From Leptolyngbyaceae cyanobacterium (GTDB lineage: Bacteria > Cyanobacteriota > Cyanobacteriia > Phormidesmidales > Phormidesmidaceae): 64,000 nucleotides of DNA. The position numbers were made by a program, and so were the translations under genes. Within the stretch, counting starts at the first letter, position 1; every line of letters begins with the position of its first letter. The stretch covers positions 2,304,001 through 2,368,000 of the forward strand of contig CBDHHL010000032.1 of assembly GCA_965263355.1 (NCBI GenBank), given 5' to 3'. The notes under the pieces were generated by a model, which was given only the letters and a program-made list of their open reading frames with translations, made no database searches and was not told the DNA's origin. Below, piece after piece: positions 43,701 to 52,773 of this stretch.

Positions 43701-44822
43701 GTGTGGCCACCCTGGCGGGGCATGAAGATTGGGTTAGGTCGGTGGCCTTTAGCCCGGATGGCGAGCGGTTGGCCTCGGGCAGTGATGACAAGACGGTGAA
43801 GCTGTGGTCGAGTGAGCGTGGCGAGTGTGTGGCCACCCTGGCGGGGCATGAAGATGTGTGGCCACCCTGGCGGGGCATAGGTTTTCTCGGTGGCCTTTAG
43901 CCCGGATGGCGAGCGGTTGGCCTCGGGCAGTGATGACAAGACGGTGAAGCTGTGGTCGAGTGAGCGTGGCGAGTGTGTGGCCACCCTGGCGGGGCATGAA
44001 AATTGGGTTAGGTCTGTGGCCTTTAGCCCGGATGGCGAGCGGTTGGCCTCGGGCAGTTATGACCAGACGGTGAAGCTGTGGTCGAGTGAAAGTGGCGAGT
44101 GTGTGGCCACCCTGGCGGGGCATGAAAATGGGGTTAGGTCTGTGGCCTTTAGCCCGGATGGCGAGCGGTTGGCCTCGGGCAGTTCTGACCAGACGGTGAA
44201 GCTGTGGTCGAGTGGAGACTGTGTGGTGGCGAGGGTTTGGTGTGGCCTTTAGCCCGGATGGCGGTTGGCCTCGGGCATGACCAGACGGTGAAGCTGTGGT
44301 CGAGTAAAAGTGGAGACTGTGTGGCCACCCTGGCGGGGCATGAAGATTGGGTTAGGTCGGTGGCCTTTAGCCCGGATGGCGAGCGGTTGGCCTCGGGCAG
44401 TTCTGACCAGACGGTGAAGCTGTGGTCGAGTGAGCGTGGCGAGTGTGTGGCCACCCTGGCGGGGCATGAAGATTGGGTTAGGTCGGTGGCCTTTAGCCCG
44501 GATGGCGAGCGGTTGGCCTCGGGCAGTTCTGACAAGACGGTGAAGCTGTGGTCGAGTGAGCGTGGCGACTGTGTGGCCACCCTGGCGGGGCATGAAAATA
44601 CGGTTGTCGGTTTTGTCTGTGGCCTTTAGCCCCGATGGCACCCGCCTGGCCTCGGGCAGTGCTGACAATACGATTCGTATCTGGGATGTTGCCACGGGGG
44701 AATGTTTACATGTAATTGATGAGCGTGTGTGCGGCGGGATGGATATTACGGGTGTAGAGGGCTTGAATGTAGGTCAACGCGCTACTCTGATACTAATGGG
44801 GGCGATTGATAACAACGGGTAA
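40733..44822 (+). CDS. NLR-like STAND protein: N-terminal helical domain - Mrr/REase-like fold - NACHT - pentapeptide - WD40 repeats; frameshifted in the repeat array (assembly artefact or pseudogene)
   Basis: Walker A GEFGTGKT, Walker [11 protein letters not shown], 'LTCR', WD40 repeats, C-tail '[19 protein letters not shown]'; reading frame breaks near 43855, 44215, 44270 and 44605. Confidence 0.85.
43364..44700 (+). repeat. Tandem 126-bp WD40-coding repeat array, 11 units
   Basis: Anchor gtggcctttagccc at 43364, 43490, 43616, 43742, 43890, 44016, 44142, 44242, 44360, 44486, 44619. Confidence 0.95.
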
Positions 44823-45227
44823 CCCACCCCGCAGACTCCCCCAGGAGCAGGGGCGTTTTAGGTTTAGGGGGCGTTCAAAAATAACATGCCTCTAGCGGCA
44901 TGGGATATTTACTTTGGCTCTTTTTCCATAGCAAACAGTCATGCATGATCGATACCATGGGTGAGCAGCTATGCTCATCAGGCGATGGACCTGGGACCTG
45001 CGCTGGATTTCAATCCGGCGTGGGTGAATGCATCATGCCAGTCTATCCAAGTATGAGCAGTGTACCGTTATGCTCAGAGAGGACATAACGGCTAACACGA
45101 AAACGGTATGAATTGTAATGGAACTGAGTGATTCAGAATGAACATCCCACCTTCAACCCATTTGAGAATCGCTATAGTAAACCCTTCGCTAAAATGGTGA
45201 ATACTCAATCAGCCTAAGATTTTGGCA

Positions 45228-46001
45228 ATGCCTGCATCATCTCCCTTTCCTGGGATGAACCCCTATCTAGAGTCTCCAGCCCTGTGGTCGGAGGTTCACT
45301 CCTGGTTAATTGTGGAACTGGCCCGCATGCTAAATCCACGGATTACGCCCAAGTATCGAGCCGCTGTAGAAAAACGGGTATACGAGGAAACGATTTTAAT
45401 TGGCATACCCGATGTATCTATCGTGCAGCAACGGCCAAACGAAACTAAGCTTACCCAAGCATCAACAGCAACATTGAGCCAGCCTGTTTTGGTGGAACTA
45501 CCGGAATGGGAGGCGACCGTTGAACGTTATTTAGAGATTCGTGATGTGACGACCGGAGCGGTAGTTACGGTGATAGAAGTGTTGTCACCCAAAAATAAGC
45601 GGTCTGGAGAGGGGCGTAATCAGTATTTGACTAAGCGGACCAAGGTGCTCAATAGTCAGAGTCATTTGATTGAGATAGATTTGTTGCGGGGTGGAGAACC
45701 GCTGCCAGTGAATCATGATCAAGTGTCGGATTATCGGGTTTTGGTAAGTCGGGTGGACCAGCGCCCGCTTGCCCAGCTTTACCCGTTTAATTTGAGAGAT
45801 TCGTTACCGTGTTTTGCAGTGCCATTACGGATTGGGGATGAGGAACCGGTAATTGATCTTAATGAGTTGATGCAAATTGTTTACGAGTCGGCTGCATTGG
45901 ATTTAACAATTGATTATGGACAACAGCCGATACCGCCACTGAATGAGACAGCGTATGGGTGGGTGAAAAGTTTAAAGTTAGGAGACTTACCAAGAACTTA
46001 G
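45228..46001 (+). CDS. DUF4058 family protein (restriction-endonuclease-like fold)
   Basis: SPFPGMNPYLE, PDV, IEVLSPKNK, LIEIDLLRGG. Confidence 0.88.
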   Translation: MPASSPFPGMNPYLESPALWSEVHSWLIVELARMLNPRITPKYRAAVEKRVYEETILIGIPDVSIVQQRPNETKLTQASTATLSQPVLVELPEWEATVERYLEIRDVTTGAVVTVIEVLSPKNKRSGEGRNQYLTKRTKVLNSQSHLIEIDLLRGGEPLPVNHDQVSDYRVLVSRVDQRPLAQLYPFNLRDSLPCFAVPLRIGDEEPVIDLNELMQIVYESAALDLTIDYGQQPIPPLNETAYGWVKSLKLGDLPRT

Positions 46002-46447
46002 CGAGGATGCGTTAACCTGCCTTGAACTCAAAGTCGCAAGGCTAATTGGAGCAAAACCCACTAAAGGGGTTAAGATGTCGGCAAAAGATATACATATAAG
46101 GCTTTACAGTCAATTTTGTCGCTACCCTGCGAGAAGTCTTACGCCTATAGCGACAGCACTCAATTAGCGTTGAGTTTTGAACCTAACGTGGGTTTAAGCC
46201 TTCCAACTAACTTGGAGCAAGATTTCAGTTAACGAAACAACCGGTTAAATAGTTTAACTATCTAACCGGCTGGCTCCCTGCCAAGGACTTAACTTAAATT
46301 GTCGGTAAATACCTTCTTAGAAGTAAAGGTGTAATCCCTTCCTACCCTTAGCTTATCAAAATACGAGATAACTTTTCCCCTCCTGGGAGGGGCGTAGGGG
46401 TGGGTTTGCTAGAGAACGACAAATTTATTAACGTTTCGATTCGAGCC

Positions 46448-48187
46448 CTAATAATAGTTACCAATCTTACGATGATGCACAGCCGTTATCGACTCATCCT
46501 TAGAAACCTTACCCTCTTCAACCGTAGAGTACACCAGCCAGTGATCGCTCAGTTCCATCCGGGTAGTCACCGTGCATTCAAGATAGGCCAGCGCATCCGC
46601 CAGAATCGGAGACTTGTTATTAGCAGGGCGAGTACGAATCCCCGCAAATCGATCCGCACCGGGGGGAAACCGCTTAAGAAAGTGCTTCATCAAAGGCGCG
46701 TAATTACCCTCTTCGAGAATATTTAGCACAAAGGTATCGCCCACCTGCATAAGAGACTCAATCGCGCGGTCCTTAGCCACCGCGATAGTAAAGCCCAGGG
46801 GCTTAAAGCTAGCCTGAGAAATCCAGGACGCTAACATCGCACTGGTCACTTCACCTTTGGCCGCAGTAATAATATACAAGCCACTGCTGATCCGGCCTAG
46901 GGCCTTCTCCAAATCAACATTGAGAGACTTAATCTTCTTAATTTTCTTAGCCTTGGCCAGGTCCTGTCCCAGGTCAGTGCCGGTCTCATCACAGAGCTGA
47001 TAAAGGGCCTCAGACGGCGTATCTTTTACCCGAATGGGGGCAAACGCCACCTTTAGATCCAAATCTTGCAGCTTACTTTGCAGCGTATCAATGGGTTCGT
47101 CATCACCACCGTAGGACTCAAACAGACCAAAGGTCTGCTTGTCAGTGACAGCAGCCAAAATGGAACTAAGTGCAGTTTGAACCTCCTCTGCCCCCTGACC
47201 CGAAGACGGTGGCATCCCCATCAAAATGCCTTTAGCCCGACCAACGAGTTCAGTGACATCGTGGGGATCGGCCAGACGCATGTCCATCATTTCCACAGCG
47301 ACGCCGGTTTTGGTAATGCCTTTGGCGAGGGCTTGGGAGATGCGATCGCAATACCCATAGTCCGACACATAGAACACCGCCACCATATTCTCGGCCTTGC
47401 TTTTCTCATTACTCCAGCGCCGATAGCGACCGGTCAGCTCTTCCAAATTGTGTCGAATCAAAGGCCCATGGCCCACAGCGATAGTATTAATCTCCCCCAG
47501 ATTATCCATCCGCTTCATCGCAGAAATCACCGAGCGAGCATTGGGAGCCATCAAACACTCATAATAAAAACGAAAGTCAGGAGACAGGGCCTCCAGGTCT
47601 TCGTCAAAAGTATCATCGCTACAGTAGTGAGCACCAAAAGCATCGCAGGTGTAGAGAATGCCAGTCTTTTGGTCGTAGGAAAAGATAGTATCAGGCCAGT
47701 GAAGATTCGGCGCACTGACAAACTCCAGCACATGGCCATTACCCAGGTCCAGGGTGTCACCATTTTTCACCAACTCAGACTTAAAGGGCTGATGCACCAG
47801 GTCTTCCAAAAACTTGACCGCTACCTTGGCACCCACAACCACAGCCTGGGGAGCCAGGTCCAACACATCTTTAACCAGACCGCTATGGTCCGGCTCGGTG
47901 TGACTAATCACGATATAGTCAATTTCCTTAGGGTCAATCAGACCCGTCAGCGCATCCATATAGAGCTGCTGAAATTTAGCATGGGATGTGTCGATTAGCG
48001 CCGTCTTTTCCCCACGCACCAGATAGGAATTGTATGTGGTGCCGTTCTGCAAGCCAAACTCAATATCAAACCGGTCCCGGTCCCAGTCCAGGGAACGAAT
48101 CACAGTAGTATTTTCCGCCAGGTCACCAACAGTCAGGGTGAGGCGCTTTTCAGCTGAGTTAGCAAGGTTTGGAGCAGCTACAACCAT
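46448..48187 (-). CDS. flv3: Class C flavodiiron protein, Flv3-type
   Basis: RSLDWDRDRFDIEFGLQNGTTYNSY, canonical HTEPDH iron ligands, flavodoxin and flavin-reductase domains ending HHRKIGNYY. Confidence 0.82.
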   Translation of the reverse strand: MVVAAPNLANSAEKRLTLTVGDLAENTTVIRSLDWDRDRFDIEFGLQNGTTYNSYLVRGEKTALIDTSHAKFQQLYMDALTGLIDPKEIDYIVISHTEPDHSGLVKDVLDLAPQAVVVGAKVAVKFLEDLVHQPFKSELVKNGDTLDLGNGHVLEFVSAPNLHWPDTIFSYDQKTGILYTCDAFGAHYCSDDTFDEDLEALSPDFRFYYECLMAPNARSVISAMKRMDNLGEINTIAVGHGPLIRHNLEELTGRYRRWSNEKSKAENMVAVFYVSDYGYCDRISQALAKGITKTGVAVEMMDMRLADPHDVTELVGRAKGILMGMPPSSGQGAEEVQTALSSILAAVTDKQTFGLFESYGGDDEPIDTLQSKLQDLDLKVAFAPIRVKDTPSEALYQLCDETGTDLGQDLAKAKKIKKIKSLNVDLEKALGRISSGLYIITAAKGEVTSAMLASWISQASFKPLGFTIAVAKDRAIESLMQVGDTFVLNILEEGNYAPLMKHFLKRFPPGADRFAGIRTRPANNKSPILADALAYLECTVTTRMELSDHWLVYSTVEEGKVSKDESITAVHHRKIGNYY

Positions 48188-48569
48188 GGGTTTTCTCTAT
48201 GGGAATATCCTAGAGGGCGACTTTAACAACATATATGTTGCTTTAGTCTCTATTGTGTATCAAAACATTAACCTTAGCCAATAAAAAAATGAGCTTGTCC
48301 CCCAATAAGCAATAAACCTTGATTCCTAGTTGAGATCGCACTCTTTCAAACACAATGTCTCTTAATCAACTAAACCTATGCTGCTCTTAGCAGCCTGGTA
48401 GGCAGTGTGTGAATCAGCCAAAATCAAACTTAGATATGGATGACCTTGCACCAGCTTATATTGCAGTTATTGAATTTAGCCAACCCTCAGCCTGGGTTGT
48501 AGAAAAAGTAGCGTTTTAGTCATCTCTCCACAAATCGTCTGAAAAGTCTGTTCTGGTTAGCAACAACTT

Positions 48570-48597
48570 GCCCGTTGCATTGCGCAATGCAACGGGC
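48570..48597. repeat. Perfect 28-bp palindrome (REP-like)
   Basis: gcccgttgcattgc|gcaatgcaacgggc; core resembles 38801-38817. Confidence 0.8.
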
Positions 48598-48718
48598 TTT
48601 TCCAGAGTGCGTTGCTCTATAAGTTTTACTTTTATGGTTCATAAAAAACCATAAGTGCTACTTACTTGCAGCCGTACAAAACTCAGCATAGACTTTAGTT
48701 AATGCTAAATCAGAAAAG

Positions 48719-48734
48719 ATAGATTTTAGTCTAT
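48719..48734. promoter_or_regulatory. NdhR/CcmR operator ATAG-N8-CTAT
   Basis: ATAG-attttagt-CTAT about 150 bp upstream of bicA; second imperfect site ATAG-actttagt-TAAT at 48688-48703. Confidence 0.75.
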
Positions 48735-48884
48735 CTTGGTTCTGTTTCCTTCCAGCTCGTTATCCTGATAGAGTTCTTGGTATCGAATACCCTACCTGTG
48801 TAAGGATTTCAACCAGAGCAATGGGAACGGCGGATGGACTGTAAAGCACGTTGATATTGGATGTGGCGCTGCTAGGTGGTTCGT

Positions 48885-50573
48885 ATGCAAATAACCAACC
48901 GGATAAATTTTCGACACTTTCGCGGAGACCTCTTTGGTGGGGTAACCGCTGCTGTTATCGCGTTACCGATGGCCCTTGCTTTCGGTGTTGCCTCTGGTGC
49001 AGGACCCACGTCTGGTCTCTGGGGAGCTGTTTTGGTGGGCTTTTTTGCCGCCTTGTTTGGGGGTACACCAACGCTGATTTCAGAGCCGACAGGTCCCATG
49101 ACCGTGGTGATGACTGCGGTGATTGCTAATTTGACCGCCAGTAACCCTGAAAATGGCATGGCCATGGCCTTCACCGTGGTCATGATGGCGGGGGTTTTTC
49201 AAATTATTTTTGGCTCTCTGAAGCTGGGAAGATACGTCACGATGATGCCTTACACCGTGATTTCAGGCTTTATGTCTGGGATTGGTATCATCCTAATAAT
49301 TTTGCAGATTGCACCATTTTTGGGACAAGACAGTCCAGGGGGCGGGGTGATTGGCACCCTGGGGGCTCTGCCGAACCTAATGGCCAATGTGCAACCGGCG
49401 GAAACGGCTTTAGCAGCGCTTTCCATTGGCATTATTTGGTTTATGCCCTCCAAGTTTAAGCGCATTGTGCCTCCCCAGCTGGTGGCGCTAATTGTTGGTA
49501 CCATCCTATCTTTGGTGCTGTTCCCTGATATTGAGATTCGCCGCATTGATGAGATTACAGCTGGATTGCCAACGTTGCAGCTACCTACATTCAGTGCCGA
49601 TCAGCTACAGCTGATGTTTGTGGATGCAGCAGTTTTAGGAATGTTGGGCTGTATTGATGCCCTGTTAACCTCAGTGGTGGCCGACAGTCTGACTAGGACT
49701 GAACACAACTCCAACAAGGAGCTGATTGGTCAGGGTATTGGTAACCTGGTTTCTGGTTTATTCGGTGGTATTGCCGGTGCAGGTGCCACCATGGGTACGG
49801 TAGTCAACATTCAAACTGGTGGCCGTACGGCCCTGTCTGGTTTAATTCGTGCTGGTGTTTTGTTGGTGGTGATCTTAGGGGCGGCTAATTTGGCGGCTAC
49901 CATTCCCCTGGCGGTGCTGGCAGGTATTGCCCTCAAAGTGGGTATCGACATTATCGATTGGGACTTCCTAAAACGGGCTCACCATATCTCTCGCAAAGCT
50001 GCCCTGATTATGTATGGGGTAATTATCCTGACGGTACTGGTAGACCTGATTACGGCAGTGGGTATCGGGGTGTTTGTGGCCAATATTCTGACCATCGACA
50101 AGATGAGTGCACTGCAGTCAGAGTCGGTTAAAACCATTACCGATGCGGATGATGCCATTCGCCTGAATCCAGAAGAAAAGCGCTGGTTAAATGAGGCCAA
50201 TGGTCGCGTTCTATTGTTCCAGCTTAGCGGGCCGATGATCTTCGGTGTGGCTAAGGCCATTAACCGTGAACACAATGCCATTCGCGACTGTGATACGATT
50301 ATTTTTGACCTGGGCGATGTGCCCCACTTGGGGGTAACGGCTTCGCTAGCGTTGGAAAATGCCATGCAAGAAGCCCTGGATGAGGGTCGTCAGGTATATG
50401 TGGTGGGAGCGGCTGGTCAAACCCATCGACGGCTGAGCAAACTAAAAGTCTTTAGTCAGTTGCCTGCAAACCACCTCTATATGGATCGCACGGAAGCGTT
50501 ACGGAATGTTGTTGCTCAGATACCGTCTGGCGGTGTAGCAATACCTCAAACCCCTCCTCATGTGATGGTTTAG
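48885..50573 (+). CDS. bicA: Na+-dependent bicarbonate transporter BicA (SulP/SLC26)
   Basis: MQITN.I.F...RGD.FGG.TAAVIALPMALAFGVASGAG; SEPTGPM; C-terminal STAS domain. Confidence 0.93.
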   Translation: MQITNRINFRHFRGDLFGGVTAAVIALPMALAFGVASGAGPTSGLWGAVLVGFFAALFGGTPTLISEPTGPMTVVMTAVIANLTASNPENGMAMAFTVVMMAGVFQIIFGSLKLGRYVTMMPYTVISGFMSGIGIILIILQIAPFLGQDSPGGGVIGTLGALPNLMANVQPAETALAALSIGIIWFMPSKFKRIVPPQLVALIVGTILSLVLFPDIEIRRIDEITAGLPTLQLPTFSADQLQLMFVDAAVLGMLGCIDALLTSVVADSLTRTEHNSNKELIGQGIGNLVSGLFGGIAGAGATMGTVVNIQTGGRTALSGLIRAGVLLVVILGAANLAATIPLAVLAGIALKVGIDIIDWDFLKRAHHISRKAALIMYGVIILTVLVDLITAVGIGVFVANILTIDKMSALQSESVKTITDADDAIRLNPEEKRWLNEANGRVLLFQLSGPMIFGVAKAINREHNAIRDCDTIIFDLGDVPHLGVTASLALENAMQEALDEGRQVYVVGAAGQTHRRLSKLKVFSQLPANHLYMDRTEALRNVVAQIPSGGVAIPQTPPHVMV

Positions 50574-50579
50574 GTGACA

Positions 50580-50792
50580 ATGGGTACATGGCTAATGATG
50601 CTGGTGGTTGCCCTGTTGCTAATGGTCTGGGGGCGATGGTTGACAATCATTGATGAGATTTACAGCTTGGCGGTTTATACAACGGGTGTTCTCATATTGA
50701 TTTTTGGCTTGATCATGGCTCCCGGTCACATTCCAATTTTGTTGGGCGCATTTGCCCTGGGTTGGCTTCAGCTCAGGTTCTCCCACCCCTGA
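50580..50792 (+). CDS. Small hydrophobic membrane protein within the bicA operon
   Basis: About 70 aa, almost entirely hydrophobic, starts a few nt after the bicA stop. Confidence 0.6.
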   Translation: MGTWLMMLVVALLLMVWGRWLTIIDEIYSLAVYTTGVLILIFGLIMAPGHIPILLGAFALGWLQLRFSHP

Positions 50793-50869
50793 AGGATTCA
50801 ATCTCTCAAGTTTTCATCAAAGTCTTATTGACTACTTTCTAGTGTTTCTCTCTCCGAACTCAAACAAAA

Positions 50870-52282
50870 ATGATGAATTTGCTAACTCACTACTCAATGA
50901 TTTATGGCATTGATGTCTGTGAAATGTTTCCATTTACAGTTGCAAGGGTTCCAGAAGCTGACTACAGTTCCTTTGTTTTGGCCAGTGTACTGTTGACTCT
51001 AGTGGTCATCTATCTGATGAGTAAGCTAGGGGGGGAACTGTCCAAACGTCTGGATCTACCCCCTGTACTGGGGGAACTGGTAGGCGGTGTGCTGGTGGGT
51101 GTCTCGGTTCTTCACCTGTTGGTGTTTCCTGAAACTGGGGCAACTGCTAGTGATTCGGCAATTATGTTAGCGCTGCAGCGGCTAGGCAATCTGGATGCAG
51201 CTGCTGTTGCCCACATTTTTCAAAGCCAGAGTGAGGTAATCTCGGTGCTGGCGGAATTGGGGGTGATTGTGCTGCTCTTTGAGATTGGGCTGGAGTCTGA
51301 TCTAAGGGAGTTGGGCAAGGTGGGCTATCAGGCCGCCATCGTAGCGGTGGTGGGCGTAGCGGCCCCATTTGTTCTTGGTACCGTTGGTCTGGTAATGCTA
51401 TTTCATGCCCCACTGATTCCAGCTATTTTTGCCGGGGCTGCATTGACTGCCACCAGTATTGGAATTACATCTAAGGTATTGTCAGAGCTTGGTTATCTCA
51501 AATCTACCGAGGGCCAGATTATTGTTGGCGCTGCGGTGATGGACGATGTGTTAGGCATTATCATCCTGGCTGTGGTGGCTAGTTTGGCCAAAACGGGTGA
51601 GGTGGATTTGTGGAATGTGGTGTACCTGATTGTTAGTGCCAGTGCGTTTTTGCTAGGGTCGGTGCTACTGGGTAAGTTCTTTAACCAGAGTTTTGAGGCC
51701 CTTGGCAACAAGCTTCAAACTAGGGGTGCGCTGCTGATTCCGGCATTCACATTTGCCCTGGCAATGGCATTTCTGGCCAATGTGATTCACCTGGAGGCAA
51801 TTCTTGGAGCCTTTGCGGCGGGCTTGGTACTGGATGAAACGGACAAGCGTAATGAGCTGGACCAGCAGGTGATGCCCATTTCCGATATTCTGGTGCCGAT
51901 CTTCTTTGTAACGGTGGGGGCTAAGGCAGACCTCAGTGTGTTGAACCCCGCCGTTGCGGAAAACCGGGCCGGGTTGGTGATTGCGCTGTTTTTAATCGCG
52001 ATCGCGATCGCAGGCAAAGTCATCACCGGTTGGGCCGTGTTTGGCAAACCCGGGGTAAATCGACTGGCTATTGGCATTGGCATGGTGCCCCGAGGCGAGG
52101 TTGGCCTCGTGTTTGCCGGCATCGGTTCAGCCAGCGGCGTATTGGATAAGCCCTTAGAGGCAGCCATTATTGTTATGGTGATTCTCACCACGTTCCTGGC
52201 ACCGCCACTGTTGCAATGGGCTTTAAAAGAAAAGTCTATTCCCGAATCGACCGTGCTCTCTACCGTTGAGCAATCTGGGTAA
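50870..52282 (+). CDS. nhaS3: Na+/H+ antiporter, CPA2 family (NhaS3)
   Basis: PPVLGEL, LLFEIGLESDL, TSIGIT, AAVMDD, PRGEVG; position in the bicA-mnh operon. Confidence 0.88.
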   Translation: MMNLLTHYSMIYGIDVCEMFPFTVARVPEADYSSFVLASVLLTLVVIYLMSKLGGELSKRLDLPPVLGELVGGVLVGVSVLHLLVFPETGATASDSAIMLALQRLGNLDAAAVAHIFQSQSEVISVLAELGVIVLLFEIGLESDLRELGKVGYQAAIVAVVGVAAPFVLGTVGLVMLFHAPLIPAIFAGAALTATSIGITSKVLSELGYLKSTEGQIIVGAAVMDDVLGIIILAVVASLAKTGEVDLWNVVYLIVSASAFLLGSVLLGKFFNQSFEALGNKLQTRGALLIPAFTFALAMAFLANVIHLEAILGAFAAGLVLDETDKRNELDQQVMPISDILVPIFFVTVGAKADLSVLNPAVAENRAGLVIALFLIAIAIAGKVITGWAVFGKPGVNRLAIGIGMVPRGEVGLVFAGIGSASGVLDKPLEAAIIVMVILTTFLAPPLLQWALKEKSIPESTVLSTVEQSG

Positions 52283-52426
52283 GGGTCCCACGAGGTTGGG
52301 AAGATTATTACGATTCTCCTGGATATAAGTCTCGGATTTACTTGGACTATTACAATAATTTTATTGAAATCTAAGTAACATTCGAGACTTTTTCTTCAAA
52401 GCCTGTTGTATCGTTTAACAGCTGTC

Positions 52427-52771
52427 ATGGCTATTTTGGAAGCGTTTGTTTTTGCCACTGTTATCGGTGGTTTTTTCGGTATCTTGCTCAAAAAGAACAT
52501 CATGATGAAAATCATCTCCATGGATGTGATGAGCACGGGGGTGATTGCTTACTACGTGCTGGTGGCCGCTCGAGGTGGGGTGTTTACGCCCATTGATGAT
52601 GGGACCTCTGCCCAGGGTGCCTATGCTGATCCGGTACCCCAGGCAGTGATTTTAACCGCGATTGTGATTGGGTTATCTTTGCAGGCGCTGATGTTGGTGG
52701 GGGTGATGAAGATCTCCCGCGACGTTCCCACCCTGGACATTGATGACATTGAGACGGAGTACACACCCTGA
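52427..52771 (+). CDS. mnhC: Mrp/Mnh antiporter subunit C
   Basis: ADPVPQAVILTAIVIG. Confidence 0.9.
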   Translation: MAILEAFVFATVIGGFFGILLKKNIMMKIISMDVMSTGVIAYYVLVAARGGVFTPIDDGTSAQGAYADPVPQAVILTAIVIGLSLQALMLVGVMKISRDVPTLDIDDIETEYTP

Positions 52772-52773
52772 CC

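Noticed and set aside
43364..44700. Possible CRISPR array or diversity-generating retroelement
   Set aside because: Units are contiguous 126-bp protein-coding WD40 repeats with no unique spacers; no cas gene or reverse transcriptase is in the window.
44900..45088. 62-aa ORF between the NLR-like gene and DUF4058
   Set aside because: No motif or clear RBS; probably spurious.
47066..47998. 310-aa plus-strand ORF and other antisense ORFs (for example 13645-14319, 43468-44695, 46400-46726)
   Set aside because: These are shadow frames opposite well-supported genes or repeat arrays, with no recognisable motifs.
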